Source: a virus (taxonomy: Duplodnaviria > Caudoviricetes). From it: a stretch of DNA of 63,401 nucleotides. A program made the position numbers and the translations under genes. Shown one piece after another: positions 38,195 through 49,000 of the stretch. Every line of letters starts with the position of its first letter. Positions within the stretch are counted from its first letter, which is position 1. The DNA lies in the IMG/VR virus record IMGVR_UViG_3300025154_000092, positions 1 to 63,401 of that record. One strand, written 5' to 3'. The notes beneath the pieces are model-generated. The model was not told the origin of the DNA, did not search any database, and saw only the letters and a list, made by a program, of their open reading frames with translations.

Positions 38195-38459
38195 AAGACC
38201 GAGGGACGAAAAAGAACGAGGGACGAGGGAGGTCCGCTTCGCTAGGACGAGGGACGAAAGGGACCAAAGGAGAAAGACGGAAAGATGGCAGAGGATAGCA
38301 GGAAAGGCGGGGATTGGATTTCGGGGCATCAATTCGACGGGCTGAAGGAAAGCATGGGTTGGGAACAGAGCGAAGCGGCATTCGACGCGGCGCTTGTGAG
38401 GTTGGCCGAGGCAAGGGGCATAGATGAGGAATACATCAAGGATTTGAGGCCGAAAGCGC

Positions 38460-41400
38460 ATGGCGTCGGAAGGAACAAAGTACCCGCATAAGCAGTACCT
38501 CTTTACGGGCGAGTGGATTGCGGACCTGGATCCGCTGAAGCTCGGCGAGGCCAATTATGAGGTATTGCGGAACTGCCGCTACACCGACGCCGGTTTGGAA
38601 GGGGTGCTTGGGTACAGCAAGATCAATACGACGGCGCTTGCCGGTTTTCTCAAAGGAAGGGCGGGGATACAGCTCGCGAGCCCTTACAGCGGACAGTCGC
38701 GCGTGTTGGTTCAGATGAAAAATGCAGCCGAGACTGGCAGCAGGATCCTGGAGAACAAAACCGCCATTCCGAATCAAGGGGACTTTGAGGCAGCGACTCT
38801 CCATTCCGATGCGGCAGGCGCCGGCCCTGGCCGGTTCGGTAAGTGGCCGGGCGGGCACATTGTATACTGCAACGGCAAGGAAAGCCTCGTTTATGCGGGC
38901 AATGAGATGCGCTGCGCAGGGTGCAGGGTGTATGCGCCTGACGGGAGCTTCAACTACAACTTTACCTCCGTGATCCAGAACATGGAGACGGATAGCGCGA
39001 ACGTGGCGACGCTTCACAGGGTATCCGAGGCGGTGGATGCCGATACCCTGCTTCTGCTTCACCTGGATGACAATGTGACCGATTCCAGCCCCGCTACGCC
39101 ACACACGGTCACAAATACCAACGGGACCTTTGCCACTTCTCCCAAGAAGTTCGGGACCCATGCGCTGCGCCTGAACGGGACCGACGCTTACTTGAGCATT
39201 CCGGACGACGCCGATTTCGACTTCTCCGGCGGAACTTTCACTATTGACTGCTGGGTGAGGCTTGCTGCGTTGCCTACAGGGACGAACCGCTTTGCCCTGT
39301 ATCAGCATGAGACCGCAGGCACGGGAAACGACTGGTTCGAGTTCTATATCGATGCCAATGGCGCGGTGCGGGCAAGGGTGCGGGCTGATCATGGCGGAGC
39401 GCCCGCTTATGATGTGACGATGGCCACCACGAACAACAGGATTGTCGCCGGACAGTATTACCATATAGCGCTGGTGGAGTCGGGGGATGACTGGTGGATT
39501 TTTATCGACGGCGTGAAAAAGGCTTATGTTTCGAGCGCGAACCGGTGCGCCAACTACACAGGCAGCGTGCTGATAGGCTACAACGGAGACGGCGCCGGGA
39601 ATTATCTGGATGGATATATCGATGAATTCCGGGTCTCCAATGCGGCCAGATACACGGCCTACTTTGAACCCCCTTCCAGCGCGTACGGGGCATCCGCATA
39701 TCGCACGTACTTTTATGTGGGATCCACGCGGCCTTTGACGGCCATAAAAGGGTATGTGGGCACTGCGAACACGACGGCCGGCGCCCTCAATGTGGAATAT
39801 TGGAACGGTTCGGGTTGGGCCGGCGTGACTTCCCTGGTTGACGGGACGGCGCTTCTCGGCGTGCCCCTTGCGCAGACCGGCATCATATCGTTTTCGAGCA
39901 CTGTCTCGACGGCGAAGGTCAAGGCGATCGGCGCGGTTGTGCTCTACTGGTACAGGGTGACTGTGACGGAGTGCGACGCCACAACGACGCTTTACCATAT
40001 CTCCGTGGATGCCCCGATGCAGCCCGTTAAGGATCTCTGGGACGGTATTTACCGCACCGCCATAGCGTTTCTGGTCTATGACGGTTCTACCTATGAGGAC
40101 TACACGACCAATGTGGCGGAAGAGGATTACTCTTCCGTAAATTCGGCCACCATTGCGCCTCTGGACGCACTCGACGCAGCAAATCACGTGGTTATGGGCT
40201 TTCAGCATCCCATTATCGGCGTAAGCGTTACCGTGGTGGGCAAGGCTGCAAATGCCAATGCCGCGATGCTGGATGTGCAATATTGGAATGGTTCGGCATG
40301 GGTGAGCGTTGGATCGGTCGAAGACGGGACCCTTAAGGAAAATGCCTCGCTGGGGCAATCGGGGACCATCACCTGGAACCCGGTTGAGCACAACACGGAG
40401 TTCCCCACCGAGATCTCGAAGCGCGGGGAGCTCTATTACTACAAATTCCAGTGGTCGGCAACCCTGAGCGCAACGGTATCGATCGACTACATCGGCGGGA
40501 TCACGGCGCCAAGGAAGCTGAGCGGGGGGTATAAATTCGGGTTCATGTTCCAGGGCCACCCCATGCTGTGCTGCTTTGAGGCGGGGAAGGAAGGAAACAG
40601 GGTAGATTACGGGCAGGCGTACACGACGGAGGTCCACAATGGGGACGATACGAGCTACGGCTACGGGGGACCCATTTACTTTGGCGGGAACGAGGAGTTG
40701 ACCGCGGCATGTGAGATCTTCAACCGGTTCGGGGCGCAGATCTACAACGTGGCGGTGATGTGTAAGGCGAGCGAGACGCACCTGCTGGACGGCCAAGGCC
40801 CTGGGTCGTGGCGGGCGTATCAGATAAACTCCATCATCGGGTGCCCTGCGCCGGCAACTATGGATACCGCGGCGATCGCCTGGGGCATGGAAGGAGATGC
40901 CACCCGGAACATTGCCCTGTGGCTGAGCCATTCGGGGCCGGTCGTTTTCGATGCCGGAGTGCTCTCTGTTTACAGGCCCAGGATCTCGAACTACTTTGAC
41001 CAGACCAGGACCGATGCTATCGATCTGACCAAGATTGGGGAATCGGTCGGCTGGACCGATGCGCAATACCATGAGTACAACCTGATCATCCCTCTAAAGA
41101 CAGGCGCTCGCAAGTGGTTGTGCCTGGATCTCATCCGGAAGAGATGGTTCGAGAAATACCCTCAGGCGGCTGCGGAACCATACCCCTGGGCGGCATTTCG
41201 GGTGTGCGGATCGAATGGGATTACCTATGTTTACGCCCTGCGTGACAACGGCCACATGATGCGGCTCGAGCATGGAACCACGTGGGACGGGGTGGGCATT
41301 ACCCAGACGGTGAAGACCGGAAGACAAGCTCTCACCGGAGACGTGAAGGACGTTACGGAGATAAAGGACTTTAAATTCGTGGTGAAAGGGGTTGCCGAAG

Positions 41401-41642
41401 CGGACGTAAACGTGACGGTGAACCACTACAAGAACGACGAATCGACCGCTACCAAGGTGCGGGAGTTTTCGGCAACAGGATCGGGCTACCTGAGGCGGGT
41501 GCAGCCGGGGGGAAAGCTCTACCTGGCGTGGGCTCACCAGGTGGAGTTTATTGTGACCACCAGCGATACGGAAAAGGGAGTAGCGCTGCTCGGGTACCGG
41601 ATGGACTATGAGAAGCTGAGGGAAGAGACGAGGGATGCGTAA
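38460..41642 (+). CDS. Tail nozzle/stabilisation-like protein with inserted LamG (ConA-like) domain
   Basis: LLLHLD...KKFGTHALRLNG...FTIDCWV...GYIDEFRVSNAARY LamG pattern; two V.YWNGS.W repeats; beta-propeller-like remainder. Confidence 0.7.
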   Translation: MASEGTKYPHKQYLFTGEWIADLDPLKLGEANYEVLRNCRYTDAGLEGVLGYSKINTTALAGFLKGRAGIQLASPYSGQSRVLVQMKNAAETGSRILENKTAIPNQGDFEAATLHSDAAGAGPGRFGKWPGGHIVYCNGKESLVYAGNEMRCAGCRVYAPDGSFNYNFTSVIQNMETDSANVATLHRVSEAVDADTLLLLHLDDNVTDSSPATPHTVTNTNGTFATSPKKFGTHALRLNGTDAYLSIPDDADFDFSGGTFTIDCWVRLAALPTGTNRFALYQHETAGTGNDWFEFYIDANGAVRARVRADHGGAPAYDVTMATTNNRIVAGQYYHIALVESGDDWWIFIDGVKKAYVSSANRCANYTGSVLIGYNGDGAGNYLDGYIDEFRVSNAARYTAYFEPPSSAYGASAYRTYFYVGSTRPLTAIKGYVGTANTTAGALNVEYWNGSGWAGVTSLVDGTALLGVPLAQTGIISFSSTVSTAKVKAIGAVVLYWYRVTVTECDATTTLYHISVDAPMQPVKDLWDGIYRTAIAFLVYDGSTYEDYTTNVAEEDYSSVNSATIAPLDALDAANHVVMGFQHPIIGVSVTVVGKAANANAAMLDVQYWNGSAWVSVGSVEDGTLKENASLGQSGTITWNPVEHNTEFPTEISKRGELYYYKFQWSATLSATVSIDYIGGITAPRKLSGGYKFGFMFQGHPMLCCFEAGKEGNRVDYGQAYTTEVHNGDDTSYGYGGPIYFGGNEELTAACEIFNRFGAQIYNVAVMCKASETHLLDGQGPGSWRAYQINSIIGCPAPATMDTAAIAWGMEGDATRNIALWLSHSGPVVFDAGVLSVYRPRISNYFDQTRTDAIDLTKIGESVGWTDAQYHEYNLIIPLKTGARKWLCLDLIRKRWFEKYPQAAAEPYPWAAFRVCGSNGITYVYALRDNGHMMRLEHGTTWDGVGITQTVKTGRQALTGDVKDVTEIKDFKFVVKGVAEADVNVTVNHYKNDESTATKVREFSATGSGYLRRVQPGGKLYLAWAHQVEFIVTTSDTEKGVALLGYRMDYEKLREETRDA

Positions 41643-41721
41643 AAGGAACGAGGGGCGAGGAACGAGGGACGAGGAATGAAAAGGACCGAGGGACGAGGAA
41701 CGAGGTTCGAGGAATGAAGGA

Positions 41722-41743
41722 GATGGGTCAAGACCCATCCTAC
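41722..41743 (-). repeat. GTAG-type REP-like palindrome, copy 3 of 3
   Basis: Identical to 25408-25429. Confidence 0.8.
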
Positions 41744-41775
41744 GACAGACGAGGGACGAAAAAGAAGGAGAAGGG

Positions 41776-42585
41776 ATGGCGACACGGGGAAGTGATTTGA
41801 GGCATTTGAATGCACCGCAGTCCGCGGCCTTGAGCTCGAGAGCGGGCGGGTTGGCGGATGTGGTGCCCACCGGGATAGTCCGGAGCAACCTGGCCAAGCG
41901 AAGGGCGGAAGGCGAGAGTTTGGCTGAGCTGGCCAGCACTCCGCGGAAGCCGGTGGATATTACGGAGACGCCGCGGGTCGATTATGGGGAGCAACCGCCG
42001 GGCGATGAGACAATGCGCGACGATGCCGGCAAAGGCGACAGCATGGCAACGCCGACGGGCGAGGCGAATCCGACTGTTTCAGCCATGGGAGCAAAAGGAT
42101 TGGGGACGGTTACAGGCATGACTGTGACGGCCGGGTTAAGTGGAGCCCTTGGACCACTCGGCACGCTTGCTGGAATAATTGCCAACTTTGCGATTAGCAC
42201 GTTGGTTGGGCAGTCGGCAAAAGGACAGGCGGCTGCGGCTGCGGTTGCCAACTCATCGTTAGGGCCGGGCATGACCGAGGGGGCAACTCTTGGTGTGACC
42301 GGCGACGATCTGGGATCATTCGGTGTGGATGCGGATGCAGCTTCCCCTGGGTCACCTGCGGGGACGTCTTCTCCTACTCTTGGTGTGACCGGCGACGATC
42401 TGGGATCGTTCGGTGTGGATGCGGATGCAGCTTCCCCTGGACTCGGAACCGGCCCGGCCGCGAGTCTTGGCGTAGCCGCGGACATAGGAAGTGAAGGCGA
42501 AGGCGGTTTCGGCGCAGAGGGCGATATGGGAGGCGGCTTTGGCGCTGCCGATGGTGGTGATGGCGGCGGCGGAGGGGGGAAGTGA
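41776..42585 (+). CDS. Gly/Ala-rich putative ejection (pilot) protein
   Basis: Central hydrophobic G/A helix, acidic G-rich tail; follows nozzle. Confidence 0.5.
   Translation: MATRGSDLRHLNAPQSAALSSRAGGLADVVPTGIVRSNLAKRRAEGESLAELASTPRKPVDITETPRVDYGEQPPGDETMRDDAGKGDSMATPTGEANPTVSAMGAKGLGTVTGMTVTAGLSGALGPLGTLAGIIANFAISTLVGQSAKGQAAAAAVANSSLGPGMTEGATLGVTGDDLGSFGVDADAASPGSPAGTSSPTLGVTGDDLGSFGVDADAASPGLGTGPAASLGVAADIGSEGEGGFGAEGDMGGGFGAADGGDGGGGGGK
42286..42440 (+). repeat. 65-bp intragenic direct repeat
   Basis: 42286-42350 and 42376-42440 differ at one synonymous site; encodes TLGVTGDDLGSFGVDADAASPG twice. Confidence 0.9.
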
Positions 42586-42650
42586 AGAGGAGTAAGCAGT
42601 AAGCAGTAAACAGTAAGCAGCGAAAGACAGAAGACAGAGAGGATAAGAAG

Positions 42651-43166
42651 ATGGCGGATCAGAGACTATTTCAAAGGAACTTGCGGGACCTGGTGAATGT
42701 GCCGGCTTCGCAGATGGCGACCCCGGGGGCAAAGGTAGGGGAACTTGCCGCCGCTCATTATGGCGAGAAGGCCATGGAGGATGCGCGGGCCAGGGCCGAT
42801 GAGTCGCAATCGGAGATGAAGGAGCTTTCGCTTGCACAGACGGCCGAGAAGGCCGGCAAAATCGTGGACACGCGGCAGGCTCTTCATGAGACGGAAATGG
42901 CTGCGGGAAAGAGGATGTCGGACCGGGCTACGCTTTTTGCCGGTTTGGGGACCGCGATAAAGCTCGGATCCGTCGCCATGAAGGAGAAAGAGACAAAGAA
43001 GATCATGGACCGGCTGCTTGGGCAGGTCGGGCGATACGACGAGCTGAAGGCGTGGATGACCGCGGAAAACAACAGGCTGCTGGGAATGATCGGTGAACGG
43101 GTAAAGACATTCCGGTCGGCTTTCAGGGGAGAGAGCGCGGCGAACCACGACCCGAACATATACTGA
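42651..43166 (+). CDS. Putative internal virion/ejection protein
   Basis: Helical A/E/K-rich with short hydrophobic G-rich segment. Confidence 0.5.
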   Translation: MADQRLFQRNLRDLVNVPASQMATPGAKVGELAAAHYGEKAMEDARARADESQSEMKELSLAQTAEKAGKIVDTRQALHETEMAAGKRMSDRATLFAGLGTAIKLGSVAMKEKETKKIMDRLLGQVGRYDELKAWMTAENNRLLGMIGERVKTFRSAFRGESAANHDPNIY

Positions 43167-43213
43167 AAAGCCGTGACACGTGAAACGTGACACGAGACAG
43201 GAAGGAATGAAAT

Positions 43214-43750
43214 ATGGCAAATCTCGCCGAGATTGCAACCGGGCAGATGCAGGCAGTGAGCAGCCGCAGGTGGCCTAAAACCTTGCCTCTTGAAGAGGTG
43301 ATTCACGCGGAGCTTCCGGCAAAGATTGCCGAAGGGCGGGTAGTGGAAGACAGGCGGCTTTTCGAAAAGGAGCTGGCCCAGGATAAGAAGCTGTTTGAAA
43401 AGGACCTGGCCCAGCGGGAAGAGCAGAGCCTGGCGGAGCTCGCCGCAGCAGAGGAACAGGCCGGCAAGGCCGAGGGGATTCAGGCAATAGGGTTGGGGCT
43501 GCAGGGCGGAAAGCTTGCCGGCGAATGGACGAAAGACGCCGGCGCCGGCGCTGGAGAATACGCCGAGTGGATCTCGCCGGCAGCGACCGGTTTCGGGGTA
43601 GGCTACGGGATAAGCAAGCTTACCGGGAACAAGTATGCGGGGATTGGCGCGGGACTTGTTGCCGGGGGTACGGCCGCGTATATCCAGGGGGTGGATGCGG
43701 TGACCGACACGGTGGGATCGGCGGTGAGCTGGTTGAGCAGCCTCTTTTAA
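43214..43750 (+). CDS. Putative internal virion/ejection protein
   Basis: Coiled coil plus glycine-zipper-like hydrophobic C-terminus. Confidence 0.5.
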   Translation: MANLAEIATGQMQAVSSRRWPKTLPLEEVIHAELPAKIAEGRVVEDRRLFEKELAQDKKLFEKDLAQREEQSLAELAAAEEQAGKAEGIQAIGLGLQGGKLAGEWTKDAGAGAGEYAEWISPAATGFGVGYGISKLTGNKYAGIGAGLVAGGTAAYIQGVDAVTDTVGSAVSWLSSLF

Positions 43751-43789
43751 GGAACGAGGAACGAGGATCGAGGGACGAGGAAAGAGGGA

Positions 43790-44206
43790 ATGGTAATCAC
43801 AAGCTATAAGTGGCAGGAGATCGAGGGGGTGTATCCGGGCATTTTTTCGGAGTTTTTTCCGGATGAAACGCTTAATCCGGCGGATGCGCCGGCGATGGTC
43901 TATGTTGGCCAGCAAGAGGACATTATAGGTTTTCTGGCTGGGTACTTTCATAATCTTGAAACGCTGTACATTCAACGAATTGGGCTCAGGCAGGATTTGA
44001 GGGGGAAGCAGCTAACCATGGGGTTTTTTGTCGAGGCCGTTGAATACCTGAGGCGTCAGGGGATCCGGTATTCAACGGCCGCGATCGAGAACACGAACCG
44101 GGCGGCGCTGATTGCGGCGTTGAAGGCGGGATTTCTTGTGAACGGCTGCAGGGTGGACACCAGGGGAAAGCTGTTTGTGGAAATGATAATTAAAATCAAC
44201 GAATAG
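43790..44206 (+). CDS. GNAT-family acetyltransferase
   Basis: YIQRIGLRQDLRGKQL and NTNRAALIAALKAGF motifs. Confidence 0.75.
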   Translation: MVITSYKWQEIEGVYPGIFSEFFPDETLNPADAPAMVYVGQQEDIIGFLAGYFHNLETLYIQRIGLRQDLRGKQLTMGFFVEAVEYLRRQGIRYSTAAIENTNRAALIAALKAGFLVNGCRVDTRGKLFVEMIIKINE

Positions 44207-44252
44207 GACCGACAGGTCGGATAGGACCAAATAGGACCTATTTGGAGGAAAC

Positions 44253-46001
44253 ATGGGCAACCCATACGGTGGTTACACGCCGGCCGAGGCGCTGAGGGAT
44301 ACCGGGAATTCACTGGCAGACATGATGAAATCCCTCCTCGCGGTGAAGGTGGAAAATGCCAAGCTGGATGTCGAGGGCAAGCGGCTGGATCTGGAGACGG
44401 CGAAGACCCGCGGGGGCATTGAGAAAGATCTGAGCCTGCAGCAGCTCGCGGGGGAGAAGGACCTGGCGGATATACGATACAAAGGGCAGGAGCAGGAGTT
44501 GAAGAGGGAAAGCCAGGCGTCGGAGGCCGGTTACCGCGACCGTTTAGCCGGTGTGTGGGAGCGCAGAGCCGGTGTGGACGAAGCCGAGCTTGGTATGAAA
44601 CAGCGAGAGGAAACCAGGCTGAACAGGGAAGACAGTTATGGCAACATGGTGATGGGGAGCAACCTGCCTGCAGCGGTCAAGAAGATCATAAAGTCGAACG
44701 CGGATCCGGAGGAGTGGGGAAGAAAGACGACCGTGCGAGAGTTTAAGTCGGGCGTGGAAGAGTTCTTTAAGCAGAACCCGAACGTCATGCTCGGCGGCCT
44801 GGTGATGGGCCTGGGTCTCAAGCTGCGGCAAGCTGAGGAGAAGATCAAAGGGGCAAAGAGCGAAGAGGAAGTAAGTGCCATTTTCGAAAGGGAGCTCGAG
44901 CCTGCGGCCTACCACATGATGGAGCTCAGGATGATGCTGGGGGACGGTCCGGATATGAGCGAGAAGGACCGGAGCACGTATGCGCAGCTCGGGATGAAGG
45001 CCTATGCGGCAAGCCCTGAGAATTACAAGGATGCGGCAGAAGCCATACAAAAGGCGGTGACTACCGGGGCAGCACTGAAAAAGGCCTATTGGGAGGAGAA
45101 GTTTCCGGCCAAGGAGAAACGAAAGGAAAAGGCGATGGAGGCGTTCAGGGAAGGGCGCCCGGAAACCTATGGCTATGAAATCCGGGAAGTCTATCCTGGT
45201 GAGCGTGAGTATTTTAAGAAAAACCCAGAAGTTGCCGGCATGGCCACAGAGGACGGCAAAATTATACTGAACCCTAACTCCAAACTTACGGAGCGGGAGC
45301 GTAGAGCGGTAGCGCAAAACGAAGCTGTACGGTTGTATTTGCAGGAGACAAACGCTAACCCAAATTTTCAGCTTACGCCGGAGCAGAAAACATCCTTAAA
45401 GGGGACCCCTTACGAGAACGACGAAACCGCAGCGAAGCACACCATAATTGCCAGGATTGTGAGTGGCGACCCGAGCGCAAAAAACGTAACGCAGGAACAG
45501 AAGCAGTTGGCAAGCCAAGTGGAAGCAAAACTACAGCAAAGGGTAACAGGCAAATCAGATCCTAAGGCTGCGGTGATGGGCAAGCTCAATGAGCTGGAGG
45601 GGATGTCATCGCAGCTTGAGCAATCGGGGTTGAGCCTGGATAAGGTCAAGAAGAACGTGCAGAAGGCAATGGCCGCGGGCAACATGGAAAAAGCACGGAA
45701 AACCTTAGACAACGCATTTGAGGCCGCGAAGAAGGCCAAACCTGCCGGGAGTCCGCGGAATCTGGCAAAGGAAGAAGAACGGCAATTGTCGGCAATGCAG
45801 GGGGTGCCGCTCGGACTGACGGGCGGGGAGAGCATGGGGCCTGTGCTGCCGGATGTTTCGGGGAATGCTCAGGGTGTCAAGGAGAGCCTGCAGGATGTGT
45901 TGGCCGGCATGGATGAGCGAACGCAGACCTTCAAGGAGGATGTTTCGAAGAGGGTGAAGAGCGCTTCGTCGCTGAGAGATATTTTGAAGTACGGCAAATA
46001 G
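44253..46001 (+). CDS. Putative internal virion/ejection protein (582 aa)
   Basis: Helical charged protein with a globular insert (VAGMATEDGKIILNP...AQNEAVRL); SD GGAGG. Confidence 0.55.
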   Translation: MGNPYGGYTPAEALRDTGNSLADMMKSLLAVKVENAKLDVEGKRLDLETAKTRGGIEKDLSLQQLAGEKDLADIRYKGQEQELKRESQASEAGYRDRLAGVWERRAGVDEAELGMKQREETRLNREDSYGNMVMGSNLPAAVKKIIKSNADPEEWGRKTTVREFKSGVEEFFKQNPNVMLGGLVMGLGLKLRQAEEKIKGAKSEEEVSAIFERELEPAAYHMMELRMMLGDGPDMSEKDRSTYAQLGMKAYAASPENYKDAAEAIQKAVTTGAALKKAYWEEKFPAKEKRKEKAMEAFREGRPETYGYEIREVYPGEREYFKKNPEVAGMATEDGKIILNPNSKLTERERRAVAQNEAVRLYLQETNANPNFQLTPEQKTSLKGTPYENDETAAKHTIIARIVSGDPSAKNVTQEQKQLASQVEAKLQQRVTGKSDPKAAVMGKLNELEGMSSQLEQSGLSLDKVKKNVQKAMAAGNMEKARKTLDNAFEAAKKAKPAGSPRNLAKEEERQLSAMQGVPLGLTGGESMGPVLPDVSGNAQGVKESLQDVLAGMDERTQTFKEDVSKRVKSASSLRDILKYGK

Positions 46002-46081
46002 AGGGTTTCCGCCGCGGAGTGAGCAGGCGCATATATTCCTGAGCGGAGTGTGCGCCTATTTTGTTACACGGGGATCTACAC

Positions 46082-49000
46082 ATGTTCAAAAGCCTAGAAG
46101 AATTCGACCGCTGGGTAGAGGAAGGCAGGCAGGAGGAAATCAGTAAGCGGGCGGCTATGTCGAAACCGCGCGGGGTGCTCAAAGAGGCTGCATCGGCCCT
46201 GGGGGCCGGTGTGGTGAGCACGGGGGAATCGATTGCCGGCGCCGGTGAGATGATCGGGATCCCCGGGGCGAGAGGCGCCAGGGAATACCTCCAGGAGGTG
46301 GGCGAGGCGGAATCTCTGGCCAGGCCTGAGGATCTACAGGAGGGCACCATTGTCGAGCATCCGGAACGGTTGGCGGATTGGCGATGGTGGGTGAGGTCCC
46401 TGGGGGAGAACATCCCGAACATGGCGGCCATGATGTTGCCGGGCGGGCTCGCGTGGAAAGGGGCCAAGGCGGCCGGCTGGGGGTACAAAGCGATCAAGAC
46501 CGCGGCGCTGAGCGGGGCGTTCTCAGGGGCTGCAACGGTGGAGGCGGGCGCCGCTTACACCCAGGCCAAGAAAGAGATGGATGAGTTCGGGTATGCCGAT
46601 GACGTGATAGAGCGCGTGGCCACTGCCGAAGGGCTGATTGTGGGGACTGCAAACGGCATTCTGGAGATGCTGCCGTTCGACAACCTCTTTCTGCGGTCTA
46701 CCGGCGCTTCCGGCATTATTCGCAGGATTGTGCGGCAGGCGGTTTTCGAGGGGTCGACCGAGATGGCCCAAGAGACGGTGAGCCTGGCTGTGGAGCAGTG
46801 GGGGCACCAGCCGGATGTGGAGCTGAAGACCGCGATAGGCCGGGTGCTGGAATCCGGGATTATAGGCGGGGTGCTCGGCGGCGGGGCAGGTGCGGTATTT
46901 CAGAGGACAGAGGACAGAGGACAGAGGACAGAAAAAGAAAAAGATCAACCCATATCCACGACGGGGCAGGAGACGACCCGGGTTGGTTTGGCGGAGATCG
47001 CCGCGGCCGAAGAGGAGCGCAAGGAGAAGGCTCGCCGGGTGGAGAAGGCCAAGGCCGATGCGCCGGCGGCGCTGGCGGAGATCCTGAAGGAAGAAGAGGA
47101 GAGTAGAGCGGAAGTGGTGGCTGCGAAGGCCATTGCGGAGATCGAAGGGACCAAAGGGACGGCAGGGACCGAAGAAGCGGAGGGTGTGGATGAAGGTGCA
47201 CAAGAAGGACGGGTGGCACGTGTACTCGGAGAAGAAGAACCCGTTGACGGGGAAGCGGCGGCATCTGGGGGGCCCGTACCCGGCGGAGAGCCAGGCGAAC
47301 GAGAGGTTGCGGCAGGTGGAGGCGGCGAAGGGGAAAAAGTAGAAACGGAGAAACGGGGAAGCGGAGAAACGGAGATCAAGGAGAAGATCGATGCGGCGGC
47401 CAATGAAGCGGCCACATCCCCGAAGAACGATTTGCCTGAACCCACCGAAGAGCAGAAGGAGAAAGAAAACTACAAGATGGGGCATCCTGACCCTAAGCTG
47501 CTGCATGGGTTGGATATCTCCATAGAGAACCCCAAAGGCTCCATTCGCAAAGGCAAGAGCAAGGCCGGCGTGGAATGGCAAACGAAGATGCAGGCGCACT
47601 ATGGTCACATAAACGGGACCGAAGGCGCGGACAGCAGCAAAAAGCTGCGGCAAGGAGTTGACGTCTTCATAGGAGAAACCCCTGAAAGTGAAATGGTGTT
47701 CATTGTCAACCAGGTGAGCCCTGATACCGGCAAGTTCGACGAACACAAGGCCATGCTCAATTACCCCAGCGAAGAAGACGCCCGTAAGGGCTACCTGGGC
47801 AACTATGAAAAGGGATGGAAGGGACTCGGATCCATTGTGCCCATGAAAATGGATGAGTTCAAGACCTGGCTCAAGGAAGGGGACACGACAAAGGAGGCAA
47901 AAGGGACACGAGGGACCAAAGGGACGGAAGGGGAGAAAGGACGGGCGGCGGAAGCGAAGACAGAGCCCACAGCGAAAGAAAAGGCTGTGTCGCAGGGGGT
48001 AGCAAGCATCACGGGGGGAAAGCCCACGGCCGCGGCGCCTGCAGAGGCAAAGGGCAAGAAGGAAGAGCCAACCCCGGCAGAGACGAAGAAAGCAGGAGAG
48101 TACGGGGTTCCTATTCCGCAGGCTTGGAGTAGGCCTACGACCGGAGCAGAAAAGAAATTTGCCAACTACAAGGGTTTTGCATCGTCTGATGAAGGCGGAT
48201 ACCTGTCCGTCGAGGCTTGGGGGGAGACGCAATCCGACGCGGAAAATAATGCACGTAAAGAATTTGAACGCCAATGGTTCAACCGGGATCAATGGAGAAA
48301 AAAGGAGAGCCCGGAGCTCAAAGCCTCAGAAGCAAGCGCAGATGATCTCCTCGCCGAGTGGGATAAGCAGGCGGCGGAGATGGAGGAACCGAAAGAACTA
48401 CGCATAAGTCAGAAGGAACTCGCTGTGCTGCGATCACGGCTGAAGATAGCACAAGAACGCGGCGCGATGGTCGCAGGCATTGAAGTGGATATCCGGCGAT
48501 ATGAGGAGAGCCCAAAGACTTCCGATCTTGATTACAGGGCAACCCTCAATGAACTGAATCAGCGGATCGCTGAGCAAGAGAAGCACGAAAAGGAAGTCAA
48601 GGCGAAGGAACAACTACCCTCCTGGGCGGCGAAGAAGGTTGGAGAGAACCGGGCCGACATTGCCCTTTATGAGGACAAGGACGGCAACCGGGTATTTCTG
48701 GACAAAGGCTTTGTGACGAGCGCTCCTCGCCCTTTAGTCTCCGGCGGCCAGGTCCTGAAGCCTTATAATCCGGAGCAGCTTTACAAGGCTGGGCGGAAAG
48801 AGTTTCTCACCAAGGAAGAGCTGGAGAAGTTCAAGGCCGAGGGAAAACCTGTTTCTGCAGGAGTGGCCAGCATAACGGGGAAGAAGCAGGAAGCGGAAGC
48901 TAAAGCGGCGGAAAAGAAGGAGTTCAAGGAAGGTGATTTTGTCGTACCGAACTCTGAAAGCGGGCTTGGGATCACTTATCGCGGCAGGATCACAAAGACT

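Noticed and set aside
42286-42440. DGR template/variable repeat pair
   Set aside because: Both copies are in frame within one gene, differ at one synonymous site, and no reverse transcriptase is recognisable
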